From NCBI GenBank assembly GCA_964516805.1, contig CAZEXI010000003.1:3021-67020 (forward strand): a stretch of DNA of 64,000 nt, given 5' to 3'. Source of the stretch: an uncultured Thermoplasmata archaeon. Its GTDB lineage: Archaea > Thermoplasmatota > Thermoplasmata > Halarchaeoplasmatales > Halarchaeoplasmataceae. The position numbers and the translations under genes were made by a program. The notes beneath the pieces are model-generated. The model was not told the origin of the DNA. It worked only from the letters and a program-made list of their open reading frames with translations, and searched no databases. This document shows, in pieces, positions 42,523 through 53,418 of this stretch; positions within the stretch are counted from its first letter, which is position 1, and each line of letters opens with the position of its first letter.

Positions 42523-43839
42523 ATGAAAAGAATTCATGCCCAAGAAGCTGTCAAACTAGAAGAAGGAACAAAGTGCAAGCTGGCTGGATGGCTACAAGAA
42601 ACAAAAAATCTTGGTGGTATCGCATTCTTGAAGGTTAGAGATAGAACTGGTGTTTTTCAAGTTGTTGTTGTAAAAGATGAGGTTGGAGACGAATACGATG
42701 AAATCGTTGATATCCCCAGAGAAAGCGTTATAGAAGTAGAGGGTGAAATACAAGAGACAAATCAAACGGAACTTGGATATGAAATTATACCAACATCCAT
42801 AATAGTTGAAAATGAAGCTGAGAAACCTTTGCCTCTTGGGGTCGTTGATAAGGTAGACGCTGATATGAAAACTCGTTTCGATAATAGATTTCTTGACCTG
42901 AGAAAGGAAGAAAAAAGGGCAGTGTTTGAGTTGAGAAACTTGCTGATAAATGGACTTAGAGATTTCTTCAAAAATGAAGATTTTATTGAAGTAAGCACTC
43001 CTAAAATTGTTGCTGCTGGAGCTGAAGGAGGAGCTACCCTCTTTGAAGTTGATTATTATGATCAAAAAGCTTACCTTGCCCAGAGTGCTCAATTATACAA
43101 GCAGATGTTGATGGCTTCAGGCTTTGAAAGAGTATACGAGATAGGACCCGCTTATAGAGCAGAAGATTTTGATACGATAAGACATGTCTCCGAATTTATT
43201 TCACTAGATTTTGAGATGTCATTTATCGAGAGTTCAGATGACATCATGGACATGACAAGTTACATGATAAGTCATGCGTTAGAATACGTCAAAAAGAACG
43301 GTTCAGATATGCTGGATTTACTTGACGTAGATATCAAAGTGCCTGAGCATCCATTCAAAAAGATCCCACACAGTGAGTGTATTAAGATCTTGGAAAACAT
43401 GGGAAAAGAATGGGAAGACGAACCAGAGATAGACACTGAGGGAGAAAAGATGCTTGGGGAATATGTGAAAGAAAAACATGATACAGATTTCTTCTTCATA
43501 ACAGAATTCCCAACAAGGCTGAAACAGGGAACATTCTATGCGATGAGAAAGGATTACGATCCATCATTGACTACTTACTTTGATTTAGAATACAAAGGAC
43601 AAGAATTAGTCTCGGGCGGACAGAGAGAACATAGATATGATGTTCTTACAAACCAGATGGAAGAAATAGGATTAAAGAAAGAGAATTTCCAATCATATCT
43701 CGAAACTTTCAAGTACGGTATGCCATCACACGGTGGAATAGGACTTGGATTAGATAGGTTTGTTCAGCAGATGTTGGACTTGGATAATATCAGAGAATCG
43801 ATACTATTCCCAAGGGATACGAGTAGATTAGAACCGTAA
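42523..43839 (+). CDS. aspS: Aspartyl-tRNA synthetase (archaeal type)
   Basis: N-terminal OB fold, motif 2 YRAEDFDTIRH, motif 3 GGIGLGLDRFV. Confidence 0.93.
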   Translation: MKRIHAQEAVKLEEGTKCKLAGWLQETKNLGGIAFLKVRDRTGVFQVVVVKDEVGDEYDEIVDIPRESVIEVEGEIQETNQTELGYEIIPTSIIVENEAEKPLPLGVVDKVDADMKTRFDNRFLDLRKEEKRAVFELRNLLINGLRDFFKNEDFIEVSTPKIVAAGAEGGATLFEVDYYDQKAYLAQSAQLYKQMLMASGFERVYEIGPAYRAEDFDTIRHVSEFISLDFEMSFIESSDDIMDMTSYMISHALEYVKKNGSDMLDLLDVDIKVPEHPFKKIPHSECIKILENMGKEWEDEPEIDTEGEKMLGEYVKEKHDTDFFFITEFPTRLKQGTFYAMRKDYDPSLTTYFDLEYKGQELVSGGQREHRYDVLTNQMEEIGLKKENFQSYLETFKYGMPSHGGIGLGLDRFVQQMLDLDNIRESILFPRDTSRLEP

Positions 43840-43893
43840 ATTTACTCAACCCCTTATGTTATCTTTATATACCACAAACATATTTTTAGAACG

Positions 43894-44409
43894 ATGACTG
43901 TCGGTCCTTACGAAAGAGAGCTCAAAGGAATACTCACCGCTGATGAAGAAGTAATCGAGGGTGCAACAAAAACTTGCTCTAATAAAGAGAAATCTAAATA
44001 TAATGAGATCAATAACATTCCTTTTATCGTTGTTAGAGCAGCAGGTAGTTTGGGGATTGATTTGATAGCGGTTAGAGGAGAGTTATCTTTTCCCATCGAA
44101 GTCAAATCATCTAAAGAAGACATCCTTTATTTCAGTAGGGGCAAATTGACAGAGCAGGCTGAAGACATGATTGATACATGTACGACTACTAGACTACTAC
44201 CGATCTATGCCTACAGATTAAAAGGACAGCGAGGAGACAAATGGAGAGTTTTTAGTCTGAATGTTGATGGTCTGACTAAAAAATCTAAAGTTTTGGACCG
44301 AAAATTACCAACAGTTGAAAAAACTGATAAAGATAATCTCATAATGCCTTGGGAAAATGGAATGCCCCTTAGTGAATTCATATCTTACTTAAATCACCTA
44401 TTGAGTTAA
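43894..44409 (+). CDS. hjc: Holliday-junction resolvase Hjc-like nuclease
   Basis: YERELKGIL...VRAAGSLGIDLIAV...PIEVKSSK follows the Hjc catalytic pattern (E..., D, EVK) with an insertion of about 30 aa. Confidence 0.6.
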   Translation: MTVGPYERELKGILTADEEVIEGATKTCSNKEKSKYNEINNIPFIVVRAAGSLGIDLIAVRGELSFPIEVKSSKEDILYFSRGKLTEQAEDMIDTCTTTRLLPIYAYRLKGQRGDKWRVFSLNVDGLTKKSKVLDRKLPTVEKTDKDNLIMPWENGMPLSEFISYLNHLLS

Positions 44410-44488
44410 TACTTAATTTAATAAAAGAGTAGTAAATACTATATAATTGATATTAAATATATAAGTTCCCCTGGAAAGGAGATCGTTG

Positions 44489-45628
44489 ATGAAGAAACTG
44501 ATCCTATGCGTAGACCGAGATGACGACATAGGTGAGAAAGCTAACATCGAAACACCTATAATCGGTAGACAAGCTAATTTAGATGCAGCTGTAGCTCTAG
44601 GTTTGAAAGACCCAGAGGACTCTGATACTAATTCTATCCTTTCAGCAGTTTCGATGTATGATCAATTAAGATCTGAAGGAGAAGACGTTGAGGTTGCTAC
44701 CATATGTGGTTCTCCTTCAGTTGGATACAGATCTGATCAAGAACTAAACAAGGAATTGGATATAGTTTTAGACAAACTCAATCCTGATACCTCTATATTG
44801 GTAACCGATGGAGCAGAAGATGAATACATCACCCCTATTGTTTCATCAAAAGTCGATATTTCTCATGTGAGAACTGTTTATGTTAAACAGAGTGAGAGTG
44901 TTGAAAACCTTTATTATATGATAGTTAAAACATTTAAAGAAGAGAAGGCTAAAAGAAAGATACTTTTACCAATATCATTAGCATTGTTAGTTTATGGCTT
45001 CTTCGGAGTTGCTGATCTACTTTATGATCTTATGATAAATGGTATTGAAGCCTTGCCAAGTCTAACCGGCTTTGGTATAGGTGTTATCACTTTTATCATC
45101 GGTCTCTATCTACTGGTTAGAATATACGATATAGATGAGAAATCCATCCAAGTGTATAAAAAGATCCGGAATGCTGTCAGCACAGGCTCGGTATGGCTTC
45201 CGTTTACAGTAGTAGCTGTGCTGATCGTAATAGCTAGTGCCCTCGAAGGCTGGGATGTTATTGTCACACAGGAAATTTCATCACCACCCAAAGTCGTATT
45301 GACCTTTGCTCATACTGTTATCTGGTGGTGGTTGGGCGCTATATTCCTGCATGAGTTAGGAAGAGTTATAGACACGTATCTTACACAGGGCAAGGTAAAA
45401 AGATCATTCTGGGCAGTCTGGTTAACATTGATTGCTCTTACTTTCATCCTATGGGCAGCATTCGATTACATCAGAGTATTGATAGGAATGCAAAAAGCAA
45501 GTAATGTTCTCCCGATGGTGGCTGTAAACATAATCCTAGGCCTACTTATAGGAATACTTGGAGGATTAGCTCATAGAAGTTTTAGAGACCAGCACGAAGA
45601 AGATGAGTGTGCGGAAGAAGAGGAATGA
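44489..45628 (+). CDS. DUF373-family membrane protein
   Basis: LILCVDRDDDIGEK N-terminal soluble domain followed by about 6 TM segments. Confidence 0.6.
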   Translation: MKKLILCVDRDDDIGEKANIETPIIGRQANLDAAVALGLKDPEDSDTNSILSAVSMYDQLRSEGEDVEVATICGSPSVGYRSDQELNKELDIVLDKLNPDTSILVTDGAEDEYITPIVSSKVDISHVRTVYVKQSESVENLYYMIVKTFKEEKAKRKILLPISLALLVYGFFGVADLLYDLMINGIEALPSLTGFGIGVITFIIGLYLLVRIYDIDEKSIQVYKKIRNAVSTGSVWLPFTVVAVLIVIASALEGWDVIVTQEISSPPKVVLTFAHTVIWWWLGAIFLHELGRVIDTYLTQGKVKRSFWAVWLTLIALTFILWAAFDYIRVLIGMQKASNVLPMVAVNIILGLLIGILGGLAHRSFRDQHEEDECAEEEE

Positions 45629-46259
45629 AAATTTGAATTATGAAAGATGGGAACCAATCTATAAAGAAATCATCAATGATTTTAAATATTCAGAGGAATT
45701 GGACAGAAAATCAGCTGAGGTATTATCCAAAATTAGAGGATCTGATGGGATCGAACCTCTAAATAAAATCGAAGGGGAGATAGTCGAAGTGATTGGTCCA
45801 TTTGCTGAATATGTTGGGGACAATTATATTGTAAGTGCAGGCTCCGCAGTAAGTAAGTTAGAATCGATTAATATAAAACCGGATTTAATGGTTTCAGACC
45901 TTGATGGAAATACTAAACTTCAATTAGATCTTAATTTAGACGGTGTTCCTATGGTGATGCATGCTCATGGAGATAATATTCAAACAATTAAAAATTGGGC
46001 ACCAAAATTTAAAGGACATGTTATATCAACATGTCAATGTAAATCACCAGAAGGGATCTATAATTTTGGTGGTTTTACCGATGGAGATAGGGCTGTTTTT
46101 ATATCTGATCATTTTAAAGCTAAAAAGATAATCCTAAATGGATGGGATTTCAAAAAACCTTCATCTAAAGATGTGGATTTAAAAATGAAAAAAAAGAAAT
46201 TAAAGTGGGCAGAAAGATTGATAAATAAGATCAAATCAACACCTGTAGTCAAAATTTAA
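45603..46259 (+). CDS. mptE: 6-hydroxymethylpterin diphosphokinase MptE-like (DUF115)
   Basis: VSDLDGN and HAHGDN motifs. Confidence 0.6.
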   Translation: MSVRKKRNENLNYERWEPIYKEIINDFKYSEELDRKSAEVLSKIRGSDGIEPLNKIEGEIVEVIGPFAEYVGDNYIVSAGSAVSKLESINIKPDLMVSDLDGNTKLQLDLNLDGVPMVMHAHGDNIQTIKNWAPKFKGHVISTCQCKSPEGIYNFGGFTDGDRAVFISDHFKAKKIILNGWDFKKPSSKDVDLKMKKKKLKWAERLINKIKSTPVVKI

Positions 46260-46343
46260 TATATTTAAATACACATAATATTTTAAAAAAGGCTATTCGG
46301 AGTTATATTGAAAGACCGATAAATATATAGGTTAATAAGATAT

Positions 46344-46751
46344 ATGATTTCTCGAAAGGGGTATACTGTGCATAGGATAAGATTGGAGGATTTAAGGAAG
46401 GCCATAAGAAAGGTTTTAGAAGAAAACGATATGGACCCTTCTCCAGCAAATGATATGGCTGATCGAGTTATGAGCCTTTTTGGATTCGATAAAACTATCA
46501 CTGATAATTTACTATCTTCTGAAGAAAGAGATATATTTTACATGTTAGAGGATTTTGATATACTTGCCACAGAAGAGGAAACAACTAATCTACCCAGTGG
46601 GAAGAATTGGAGGATTCACTATTGGAGATTAAAAGAAGATAAAATAAAAGATATCCTAAAAGAGAAAAAAGAAGAGGAAAAAAAAGAATCAAGATCAATA
46701 TATGATGATTTATCTGAGAACGTTTGGCAGCAGCATTCAGTAGAAGAATGA
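46344..46751 (+). CDS. Hypothetical protein
   Basis: 135-aa ORF in a clean gap with a K/E-rich C-terminus. No motif recognised. Confidence 0.45.
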   Translation: MISRKGYTVHRIRLEDLRKAIRKVLEENDMDPSPANDMADRVMSLFGFDKTITDNLLSSEERDIFYMLEDFDILATEEETTNLPSGKNWRIHYWRLKEDKIKDILKEKKEEEKKESRSIYDDLSENVWQQHSVEE

Positions 46752-46784
46752 TTTTAATAAAACCTCATATTTTGAAGGACAGTT

Positions 46785-47396
46785 ATGAAAAAAATAAAGA
46801 AAAAAGATTTGGAAATCAGGTTAGAAGAAATACCTTCTCATCCAAATCCAACTCCAGATTTAGAGCAATATAACACTCCAGCTGAGTTAGCCTCTGATAT
46901 TTTATTTACAGCCTTTTTAAACGGACATATAAAGGATAAAGATGTAATAGACCTAGGATGTGGAACTGGGGTCTTCTCTCTAGGTGCTGGTCTTCTAGGT
47001 GCTAGATCCATTAAAGGTTTTGACTTAGATGAAGATTCTATAAATATAGCTAGAAAAACTGCAGCAGAGTGGGGTTTGAGTGAAAACATTTTATTTGAAG
47101 TAAAAAATATCGAACAGGTTAACTCACTTTGTGATACAGTTTTAATGAACCCACCTTTTGGGTCTCAAAAAAAAGGTGCTGATCTACCATTCCTAGAAAA
47201 GTCCTTCGAAATATCTGATTTTGTTTATACTATCCACAATGCTAAAACACTTGATTTCCTAAGAAATTTTATAAGTGAAAATGATCACAAAATTTTTCTC
47301 GAAAGAGGTTACAAATTTACTATCAAAAAAACTTTCGATTTTCATACTAAAGATAAAAAAAATATCGAAGTAGTCATATTTGGTATAAAAGTTTAG
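46785..47396 (+). CDS. METTL5/COG2263-type RNA (N6-adenine) methyltransferase
   Basis: LEQYNTPA, DLGCGTGVFSLGA, and the catalytic VLMNPPFG. Confidence 0.75.
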   Translation: MKKIKKKDLEIRLEEIPSHPNPTPDLEQYNTPAELASDILFTAFLNGHIKDKDVIDLGCGTGVFSLGAGLLGARSIKGFDLDEDSINIARKTAAEWGLSENILFEVKNIEQVNSLCDTVLMNPPFGSQKKGADLPFLEKSFEISDFVYTIHNAKTLDFLRNFISENDHKIFLERGYKFTIKKTFDFHTKDKKNIEVVIFGIKV

Positions 47397-47476
47397 ACAA
47401 AACTTTTTAAATAAAGGTTCCTTTTTCGTAATATTGAGTATTGACATTTGTTCAAGGAATTAAAGAGGTTATTAAA

Positions 47477-48055
47477 ATGGAAGATTCGAAAAATAAGAAA
47501 ATCGTTTATCCTGGTGAAGAAATAGGTACAAGTGAGGAATGGCTTCCTGGTGAGGGTACTTTTGAGGAAGATGGTAAGATTTATTCCTGCTACCTTGGAA
47601 AGTTAGAATTTGACGAAGACAATATTGAGGCCAACGTAAAAGCAATCAATCCTATAATTGAACTTGAAGAAGGAGATATAATTTATGGTTCAGTCTCTAG
47701 AAGGAAAAGTTCATTAGTTAACCTCGATATTGAATTAGTAGAAGGTGAATCAAGGGATATATTGAGAGATCTTGAAGGATCGATTCATATTTCAAAAGTA
47801 TCTAATGATTACACGGATGATTTAGAACAGGAATACCTTGTTGGTGATCTTGTAAGAGCAAAAGTTGTCCAAGTCGAGCCTACTATACGTTTATCAACAG
47901 AAGGAAAGAATTTTGGTGTGGTAAAAGGATATTGTTCTAACTGTAGAAAAGCAGCAGAAAAGAAAGGAAACAAACTTTACTGCCCTAACTGCGAGAGAAC
48001 TGAAAGTAGAAAAGTTTCTAATGTTTATGGGAAAATAAAATTAAAAGGAAAATAA
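47477..48055 (+). CDS. csl4: Exosome RNA-binding subunit Csl4
   Basis: YPGEEIG..EEWLPGEGT N-terminal domain, S1-like middle region, C-terminal CSNC...CPNC zinc ribbon. AGAGG SD upstream. Confidence 0.8.
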   Translation: MEDSKNKKIVYPGEEIGTSEEWLPGEGTFEEDGKIYSCYLGKLEFDEDNIEANVKAINPIIELEEGDIIYGSVSRRKSSLVNLDIELVEGESRDILRDLEGSIHISKVSNDYTDDLEQEYLVGDLVRAKVVQVEPTIRLSTEGKNFGVVKGYCSNCRKAAEKKGNKLYCPNCERTESRKVSNVYGKIKLKGK

Positions 48056-48070
48056 GGGGTGTGAATCAGT

Positions 48071-48304
48071 TTGGTAGAAACTGAAAAAACATTGATGGCG
48101 ATAGAGGAAAAGAAAAAATGGGCTAAAAGGGAATCTGAAATTTTAGAGGAACTTGAAAAAGTTCAGCAAAAAAAGAAAAGATTGATTAAAGAAGCCAATA
48201 AGATTAAGAAAAAAATAAGAACTTATCAGGACAAGATAAGATCAAAAACTGATAGAAAGGGTGACTTATCGAGAGAATATTATAACGAAATGAAACAACT
48301 TTAG
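48071..48304 (+). CDS. Small K/E-rich coiled-coil protein
   Basis: TTG start, 77 aa, continuous heptad-like charged sequence. Confidence 0.45.
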   Translation: MVETEKTLMAIEEKKKWAKRESEILEELEKVQQKKKRLIKEANKIKKKIRTYQDKIRSKTDRKGDLSREYYNEMKQL

Positions 48305-48315
48305 AGGTTGCCAAC

Positions 48316-48543
48316 ATGGTAGATGAAACGGATATTAGAACTATGCGTGAAGAAATAATCAAGTCTAAAGAAGAGTATTTTGAATTAAAAGGCAGGATAA
48401 AAGAATTAGAAGAACGTGAAAAACATCTTAAAGAAGAATTAGAAAGAGTCCGTGAGCATCTATCCTATTATGAATCTCTGGTTTCTGATATGAAAAAGAG
48501 AATGAAGGGTATGGGTTCTTCTGGTATATTTGATAGATTGTAA
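48316..48543 (+). CDS. Small coiled-coil protein
   Basis: 75 aa, 12 nt after the previous gene. Ends GSSGIFDRL. Confidence 0.45.
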   Translation: MVDETDIRTMREEIIKSKEEYFELKGRIKELEEREKHLKEELERVREHLSYYESLVSDMKKRMKGMGSSGIFDRL

Positions 48544-48725
48544 AATACTATGAAAATTTAAATAGAGAAAGATTATTAAGGTTAATGAATGAGTAATATA
48601 ATAGTTCGGGAAAATAAATAGGAATTAATTAGTTTAAGGATCTCGAATTTATTAAACTATAAGGTATAATATTGACAGGGAACTTTCCTGTTTATGTTCC
48701 TTAAAATAGCAAGGAGCGTGAAACC

Positions 48726-49118
48726 ATAAAAGCGCAAGAACAAGTTGAAGAGATATTTGAAGAGTATTGCAAGGAGAACAAAATCGAAGGAATCGCCTTA
48801 ACTTCAAAAAATGGTATTCCAATAGCCTCATTTTTAAACAAACCAGAACAAAGTGAAAGTTTTAGTACTCTATCAGCTACGATTATGGGGGCAAGCGAAG
48901 TGATATTTTCAAGCTTCGAAAAGAATAACCCTGGCTTGATAACAGCTAAATCTGATGAGGCTGTTTTACTGATTAAGGAAATGGGTACAAATGCAGTTCT
49001 TTCAGTGATAGGCGATTTAGATCAAAAAGATGAATTAATAGATAAAATTGATGAAATTATTGAAGAGATTGATGTTTTAGAAAAGGCTTCTGAAATAAAA
49101 GAGGTGCTTGAAAAATGA
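48726..49118 (+). CDS. Roadblock/LC7 (MglB-like) domain protein; N-terminus extends upstream of the first ATG (48885)
   Basis: The frame is open from 48705 and encodes ...IEGIALTSKNGIPIASF...SFSTLSATIMGASE, which is the first half of a Roadblock fold. There is no ATG/GTG/TTG before 48885. ATA at 48726 lies 9 nt after AAGGAG. Confidence 0.6.
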   Translation: MKAQEQVEEIFEEYCKENKIEGIALTSKNGIPIASFLNKPEQSESFSTLSATIMGASEVIFSSFEKNNPGLITAKSDEAVLLIKEMGTNAVLSVIGDLDQKDELIDKIDEIIEEIDVLEKASEIKEVLEK

Positions 49119-50632
49119 AGATGATAAAAAGTATGCCAAGTGAAGTAAGGAAATTTATAGAGCATGAAGGCGGTTCATCACTATTTTTAGAAGGTTCTGC
49201 TGGTACTGGTAAGACCACGTTAGGACTTCAAATCATTGAAGAAATGCAGGACCCAGAAAAAAGCTTCTACCTTTCAACAAGAGTTTCTGATCAAGCTCTT
49301 TACAAACAGTTTCCATGGTTAGAGGATAAAGAAATGCGTGCTCAAATCATGGATGCAAGTAAAGTCTTCCTTGAAACAATCTACGAAGAGGAAGAAGAAG
49401 ATGAATTTGGATCTATGCCTGAATCAGAAAAAAAGAAGATAGAAGGAGCTCAAAAATTTTTAAAAACCGTAAGAGAATCTGGTCCACCAGAAACCGTTGA
49501 CAGGACTAGACTTTCATCATTAGATAAAAAAATACCGGGATTAGAAAGAATATACGACAAGATAGATAATATATTACCAGAAAGATCCCTATTAGTTATA
49601 GACAGTATAGAAGGTATCACTCATAAATATGATCTTGATATGGAAACCTTTATTATGACACTTCAAAAAGATCTGGTTGAAAATTCAAATACGAATCTTA
49701 TTATGATCTTAGAGACAGAAGAAAATCCAGATCTTGAATACCTAGTAGACGGTGTAGTTCAGTTAAATAGATATGGTATAGAAGATAGAGATGTAAGAGA
49801 AATAAGATTAAGGAAATTAAGGTCTGTAGAGATCAAACAACCAGCATATCTCATGTCTTTAAAAGGTGGAAGGTTCAAATGCTTCGAACCCTACACGCTG
49901 GAGACCACTGGAGAAAAAGAGTGGGAGCCAGTTAACGCACCCAAGGGTAAATATAGTTCTGGTACTGAAGACATCGATGAACTTTTGAACGGTGGATTTG
50001 ACGCTGGAAGTTATACTGTGTTTGAAGTCGGTGAAAACGTAAGTAATCCAGAATTCTTCTCTGTAATAAGACCCATATTCCTGAACTTTATGTCTCAGGA
50101 CAGAGGTATCCAGGCAGTCCTCACAGGTGGTACCCACCCAGAGAATCTCAAAGAAGATTTGACTAGATATATCAGCGAAGGTCTTTTCAACAAGAAATTT
50201 AGAATTGTTGACTATTTCTCATCTAAATCTGATAAGCCATGGCTGATCCCACTAGCTGGTAAAAGCACAGACCAGGTTAGAAAGACATATGATGAAAGGA
50301 TGTATGATGTCAGAGGAGAAGAAAATAAACCTATACTTGAGATGAATGGTCTAGATACTTTAGAATACCTTCAAGGTGGAGAAATAGCTATTAAAGAACT
50401 GTTGAGAGCTGTCGCAGATACCAAAAATTCTGACGATTTGGGTATCGGTATCATAAAACCAGGTCTTAACATATCTAGAGAAATTAAAAACATGGCTGAC
50501 AATTATTTTGTGTTGGTCGATGTTAACAAAACACCATGTATATATGGTATTAAACCAAAAACGGGAATCTATGCAATTGTTAACGATGAGGAGAAAGGTA
50601 GTCCTCACATAAAATTAGAACCTATTGTCTAA
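49115..50632 (+). CDS. KaiC-like (RecA-superfamily) two-domain ATPase with a degenerate second domain
   Basis: Domain 1 has Walker A GSAGTGKTT and Walker B LLVIDSIEG. Domain 2 (SSGTEDIDELLNGGF...VFEVGENVSN) lacks a P-loop. ATGA overlap with the Roadblock gene. Confidence 0.7.
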   Translation: MKMIKSMPSEVRKFIEHEGGSSLFLEGSAGTGKTTLGLQIIEEMQDPEKSFYLSTRVSDQALYKQFPWLEDKEMRAQIMDASKVFLETIYEEEEEDEFGSMPESEKKKIEGAQKFLKTVRESGPPETVDRTRLSSLDKKIPGLERIYDKIDNILPERSLLVIDSIEGITHKYDLDMETFIMTLQKDLVENSNTNLIMILETEENPDLEYLVDGVVQLNRYGIEDRDVREIRLRKLRSVEIKQPAYLMSLKGGRFKCFEPYTLETTGEKEWEPVNAPKGKYSSGTEDIDELLNGGFDAGSYTVFEVGENVSNPEFFSVIRPIFLNFMSQDRGIQAVLTGGTHPENLKEDLTRYISEGLFNKKFRIVDYFSSKSDKPWLIPLAGKSTDQVRKTYDERMYDVRGEENKPILEMNGLDTLEYLQGGEIAIKELLRAVADTKNSDDLGIGIIKPGLNISREIKNMADNYFVLVDVNKTPCIYGIKPKTGIYAIVNDEEKGSPHIKLEPIV

Positions 50633-51273
50633 AACCCATGTTCTCCTTTAAGGGGCACGAACAATACCCCTCCTAAATTTTCTTTTTCTAAACTATTTCC
50701 TTTTTTAGTTCCTTTTATAAGATTTTGATACATTTGGCCACCTACAGGAATCAATATTTTTCCATTCTCTTTAAGTTGATTTATCATTGGTTCGGGTATA
50801 CTAGGTGCTCCACAAGCTACAGAGATCCTGTCATAAGGTGCTTTATTTTTATACCCTGATGAACCATCCCCTATTATTATATGTACATTATTTATACCTG
50901 CTTTTCTCAGCTTTTTCCTTCCTGATTTTGCTAATGACTGAAGGTATTCAACAGAATATACCTCCCCTTCATCTCCGACCATCTCACCTAGAACCGCAGC
51001 ATGATAACCCATACCTCCACCGATTTCTAGTATTTTCTGTCCAGGTTTTACTTCGAGGGCCTCAATCATAATAGATACCATGTGTGGAGCTGAAATAGTC
51101 TGTCCTTGGCCTATAGGTTGTGGTGAATCTACATAAGCCATCTCTTTCATCTCTTCTGGGACGAAAAGATGTCTTGGTACATTACGCATTGCCTTTTCTG
51201 CTAAATCGCTTTTTATATATCCTCTTTTTTTTAATTTATCTACTAGCGCGTTTCTTTTTTCTTTATAGTTCAA
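50629..51273 (-). CDS. pcm: Protein-L-isoaspartate O-methyltransferase
   Basis: QTISAPHMV and LEIGGGMGYHAAVL. Confidence 0.9.
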   Translation of the reverse strand: MNYKEKRNALVDKLKKRGYIKSDLAEKAMRNVPRHLFVPEEMKEMAYVDSPQPIGQGQTISAPHMVSIMIEALEVKPGQKILEIGGGMGYHAAVLGEMVGDEGEVYSVEYLQSLAKSGRKKLRKAGINNVHIIIGDGSSGYKNKAPYDRISVACGAPSIPEPMINQLKENGKILIPVGGQMYQNLIKGTKKGNSLEKENLGGVLFVPLKGEHGF

Positions 51274-51401
51274 GTCGATTCACCAAATTTCCTTTTTTCA
51301 ATTATGTAAAAATGTGGTACATACTTTAAACATTTTTCTTAAATTTTCAAACTCGTAGTAAAATAGTTATAACCTAAAAGGCAATTCACAAATGTGATAC
51401 T

Positions 51402-52121
51402 ATCGTTGATATACCAAAATCTCACCCAAGGTACGAATCTTTAAAAACAAGAGAAATGCTTGTCGATGGAGTGGAAGAGTGCATTACCTCCAAGGCTGGA
51501 CTAATAGCACATGGAAGAGGAGAAGCATTTGATTATATTTTAGGAGAAAAAACCATAGACTCTGCTTTGAGAGCAGAAAAAGCTGCTGTTCACAAGTTGT
51601 TAGAGGCAGATAATCCAGTAATATCAATAAACGGAAATGTGGCAGCCCTTGTTCCAGGCGATATTGTAAAATTATCTGAACGACTAGACGCAAAATTAGA
51701 AGTGAATCTATTTCACAGAACAGAAGAAAGATTGAAAAAGATAAAAGGTAAACTAGTTAAGAATGGTGCTAAAGAGGTATACGGCTTAGAAGCCGATGCG
51801 AAGATACCAAATCTTGATCATGCTAGAGCATTATGTTCTGAAGAAGGGATATATTCATCAGATGTAGTCCTTGTTCCTCTAGAAGATGGAGATAGAACAA
51901 AGGCTCTTTCAGAGATGGGAAAAACTGTGATAACTATAGATTTGAATCCAATGTCAAGGACAGCTAGAACCGCAGATATCACTATTGTTGACAATATAAC
52001 AAGAGCGGTAAAAAATATGATAAAAGTAGATCCTTTAGATGATAGTTATGATAATAAGAAAAGTTTATCAGACACGTTAAGATACATGTCTGAAAGATTG
52101 ATTGATCTCTCTAATGAGTAA
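51402..52121 (+). CDS. Archaeal phosphopantothenate synthetase (4-phosphopantoate--beta-alanine ligase); canonical ATG is at 51456
   Basis: GLIAHGRGEAFDY core. The conserved-looking IPKSHPRYESL is encoded in frame upstream of the first ATG, with no canonical start. ATC at 51402 would give (M)VDIPKSHPRY. Confidence 0.7.
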   Translation: MVDIPKSHPRYESLKTREMLVDGVEECITSKAGLIAHGRGEAFDYILGEKTIDSALRAEKAAVHKLLEADNPVISINGNVAALVPGDIVKLSERLDAKLEVNLFHRTEERLKKIKGKLVKNGAKEVYGLEADAKIPNLDHARALCSEEGIYSSDVVLVPLEDGDRTKALSEMGKTVITIDLNPMSRTARTADITIVDNITRAVKNMIKVDPLDDSYDNKKSLSDTLRYMSERLIDLSNE

Positions 52122-52144
52122 ATATCTGATATTTGGAGAATGAT

Positions 52145-53383
52145 ATGATGAATGATTTAGTTAAAAAAGGAAAAAGACGGTTAGAATGGGCAAAAGACCA
52201 CATGCCCGTGATTAATAAGGTTAAAGAAGAAATCAAAGATTCTGGACATCTAGAAGGAAAGAATATTTCCATGGCCTTACATGTTGAAGCAAAAACTGGT
52301 ATTCTAGGATTATCCCTTAGAGAAGTTGGTGCAAATGTAAAAATGGCTAGTTGTAATCCATTATCAACCGATGATTCAGTAGCTGAGGCTTTACGGGAAG
52401 AATATGGGATGGATGTTTTCGCTAAAAGAGGAGAGAACGAGGAAGAATATTACAAGAATCTGAACAGCATTTTGGAACATGATCCTGATGTTGTTATAGA
52501 TGATGGTGGGGATCTGATATCTCTGATACATACTGAAAGGCAAGATCTTATAGATGGTATCTATGGTGGAGCTGAAGAAACTACAACCGGTATTGTCAGG
52601 TTGAGAGCGATGGAAAAAGACGGTAGTCTGAAATTTCCTGTAATGTCCGTAAATGATGCTTTTATGAAACATCTATTTGACAATAGATACGGTACTGGAC
52701 AGTCCACTATCGATGGTATCCTAACATCTACTAACTTACAGTTGAGTGGTAAAAAGTTCCTTGTCGGTGGATATGGCTGGTGTGGCAGAGGTATTGCCAT
52801 GAGAGCTGAAGGCATGGGGGCTAATGTTATGGTTTCAGAGATCGATCCTATAAAAGCAGTTGAAGCAAATATGGACGGTTTTGAAGTACTCCCAACTAAA
52901 GAAGGGGTCAAAAAAGCTGATTTTGTCGTAACTGCCACTGGATGTAAAGATATAATATCAAAAGAAGAAATAGAAAATGCTAAAGACGGATGTGTTTTAG
53001 CTAATTCAGGTCACTTTGATAACGAAATTTCAAAGAAATTGCTTGAAGAGATGTCAGAGTCTAAGAAGCAAGTCAGAGATGATGTTATACAATACAAAAT
53101 GAAAGATGGAAGAAAGCTTTATCTGCTAGCAGAAGGAAGATTGGTTAATCTTGCAGCTGGTCAAGGTCATCCTGCTGAAATAATGGATATGAGTTTTGCA
53201 CTTCAGATGAAGGCCGCTGAGTATGTAGTGAAAAATAAAGGTCTTGAACCGAAAGTTTACAATATTCCAAAGGAGATTGATGAGAAAGTTGCAAAACTCA
53301 GACTTGAAGCTGATAGGATTACAATCGATTCTTTAACAAAAGAACAAAGAAAATATTTAGAAGGATGGAAAGAAGGTACCTAA
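52145..53383 (+). CDS. ahcY: Adenosylhomocysteinase
   Basis: DDGGDL, EETTTGV, GYGWCGRG NAD motif. GGAG 6 nt upstream of the ATG. Confidence 0.93.
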   Translation: MMNDLVKKGKRRLEWAKDHMPVINKVKEEIKDSGHLEGKNISMALHVEAKTGILGLSLREVGANVKMASCNPLSTDDSVAEALREEYGMDVFAKRGENEEEYYKNLNSILEHDPDVVIDDGGDLISLIHTERQDLIDGIYGGAEETTTGIVRLRAMEKDGSLKFPVMSVNDAFMKHLFDNRYGTGQSTIDGILTSTNLQLSGKKFLVGGYGWCGRGIAMRAEGMGANVMVSEIDPIKAVEANMDGFEVLPTKEGVKKADFVVTATGCKDIISKEEIENAKDGCVLANSGHFDNEISKKLLEEMSESKKQVRDDVIQYKMKDGRKLYLLAEGRLVNLAAGQGHPAEIMDMSFALQMKAAEYVVKNKGLEPKVYNIPKEIDEKVAKLRLEADRITIDSLTKEQRKYLEGWKEGT

Positions 53384-53418
53384 ATAAATACCTAATTTCC
53401 TTATTTTTTTAATTTTTT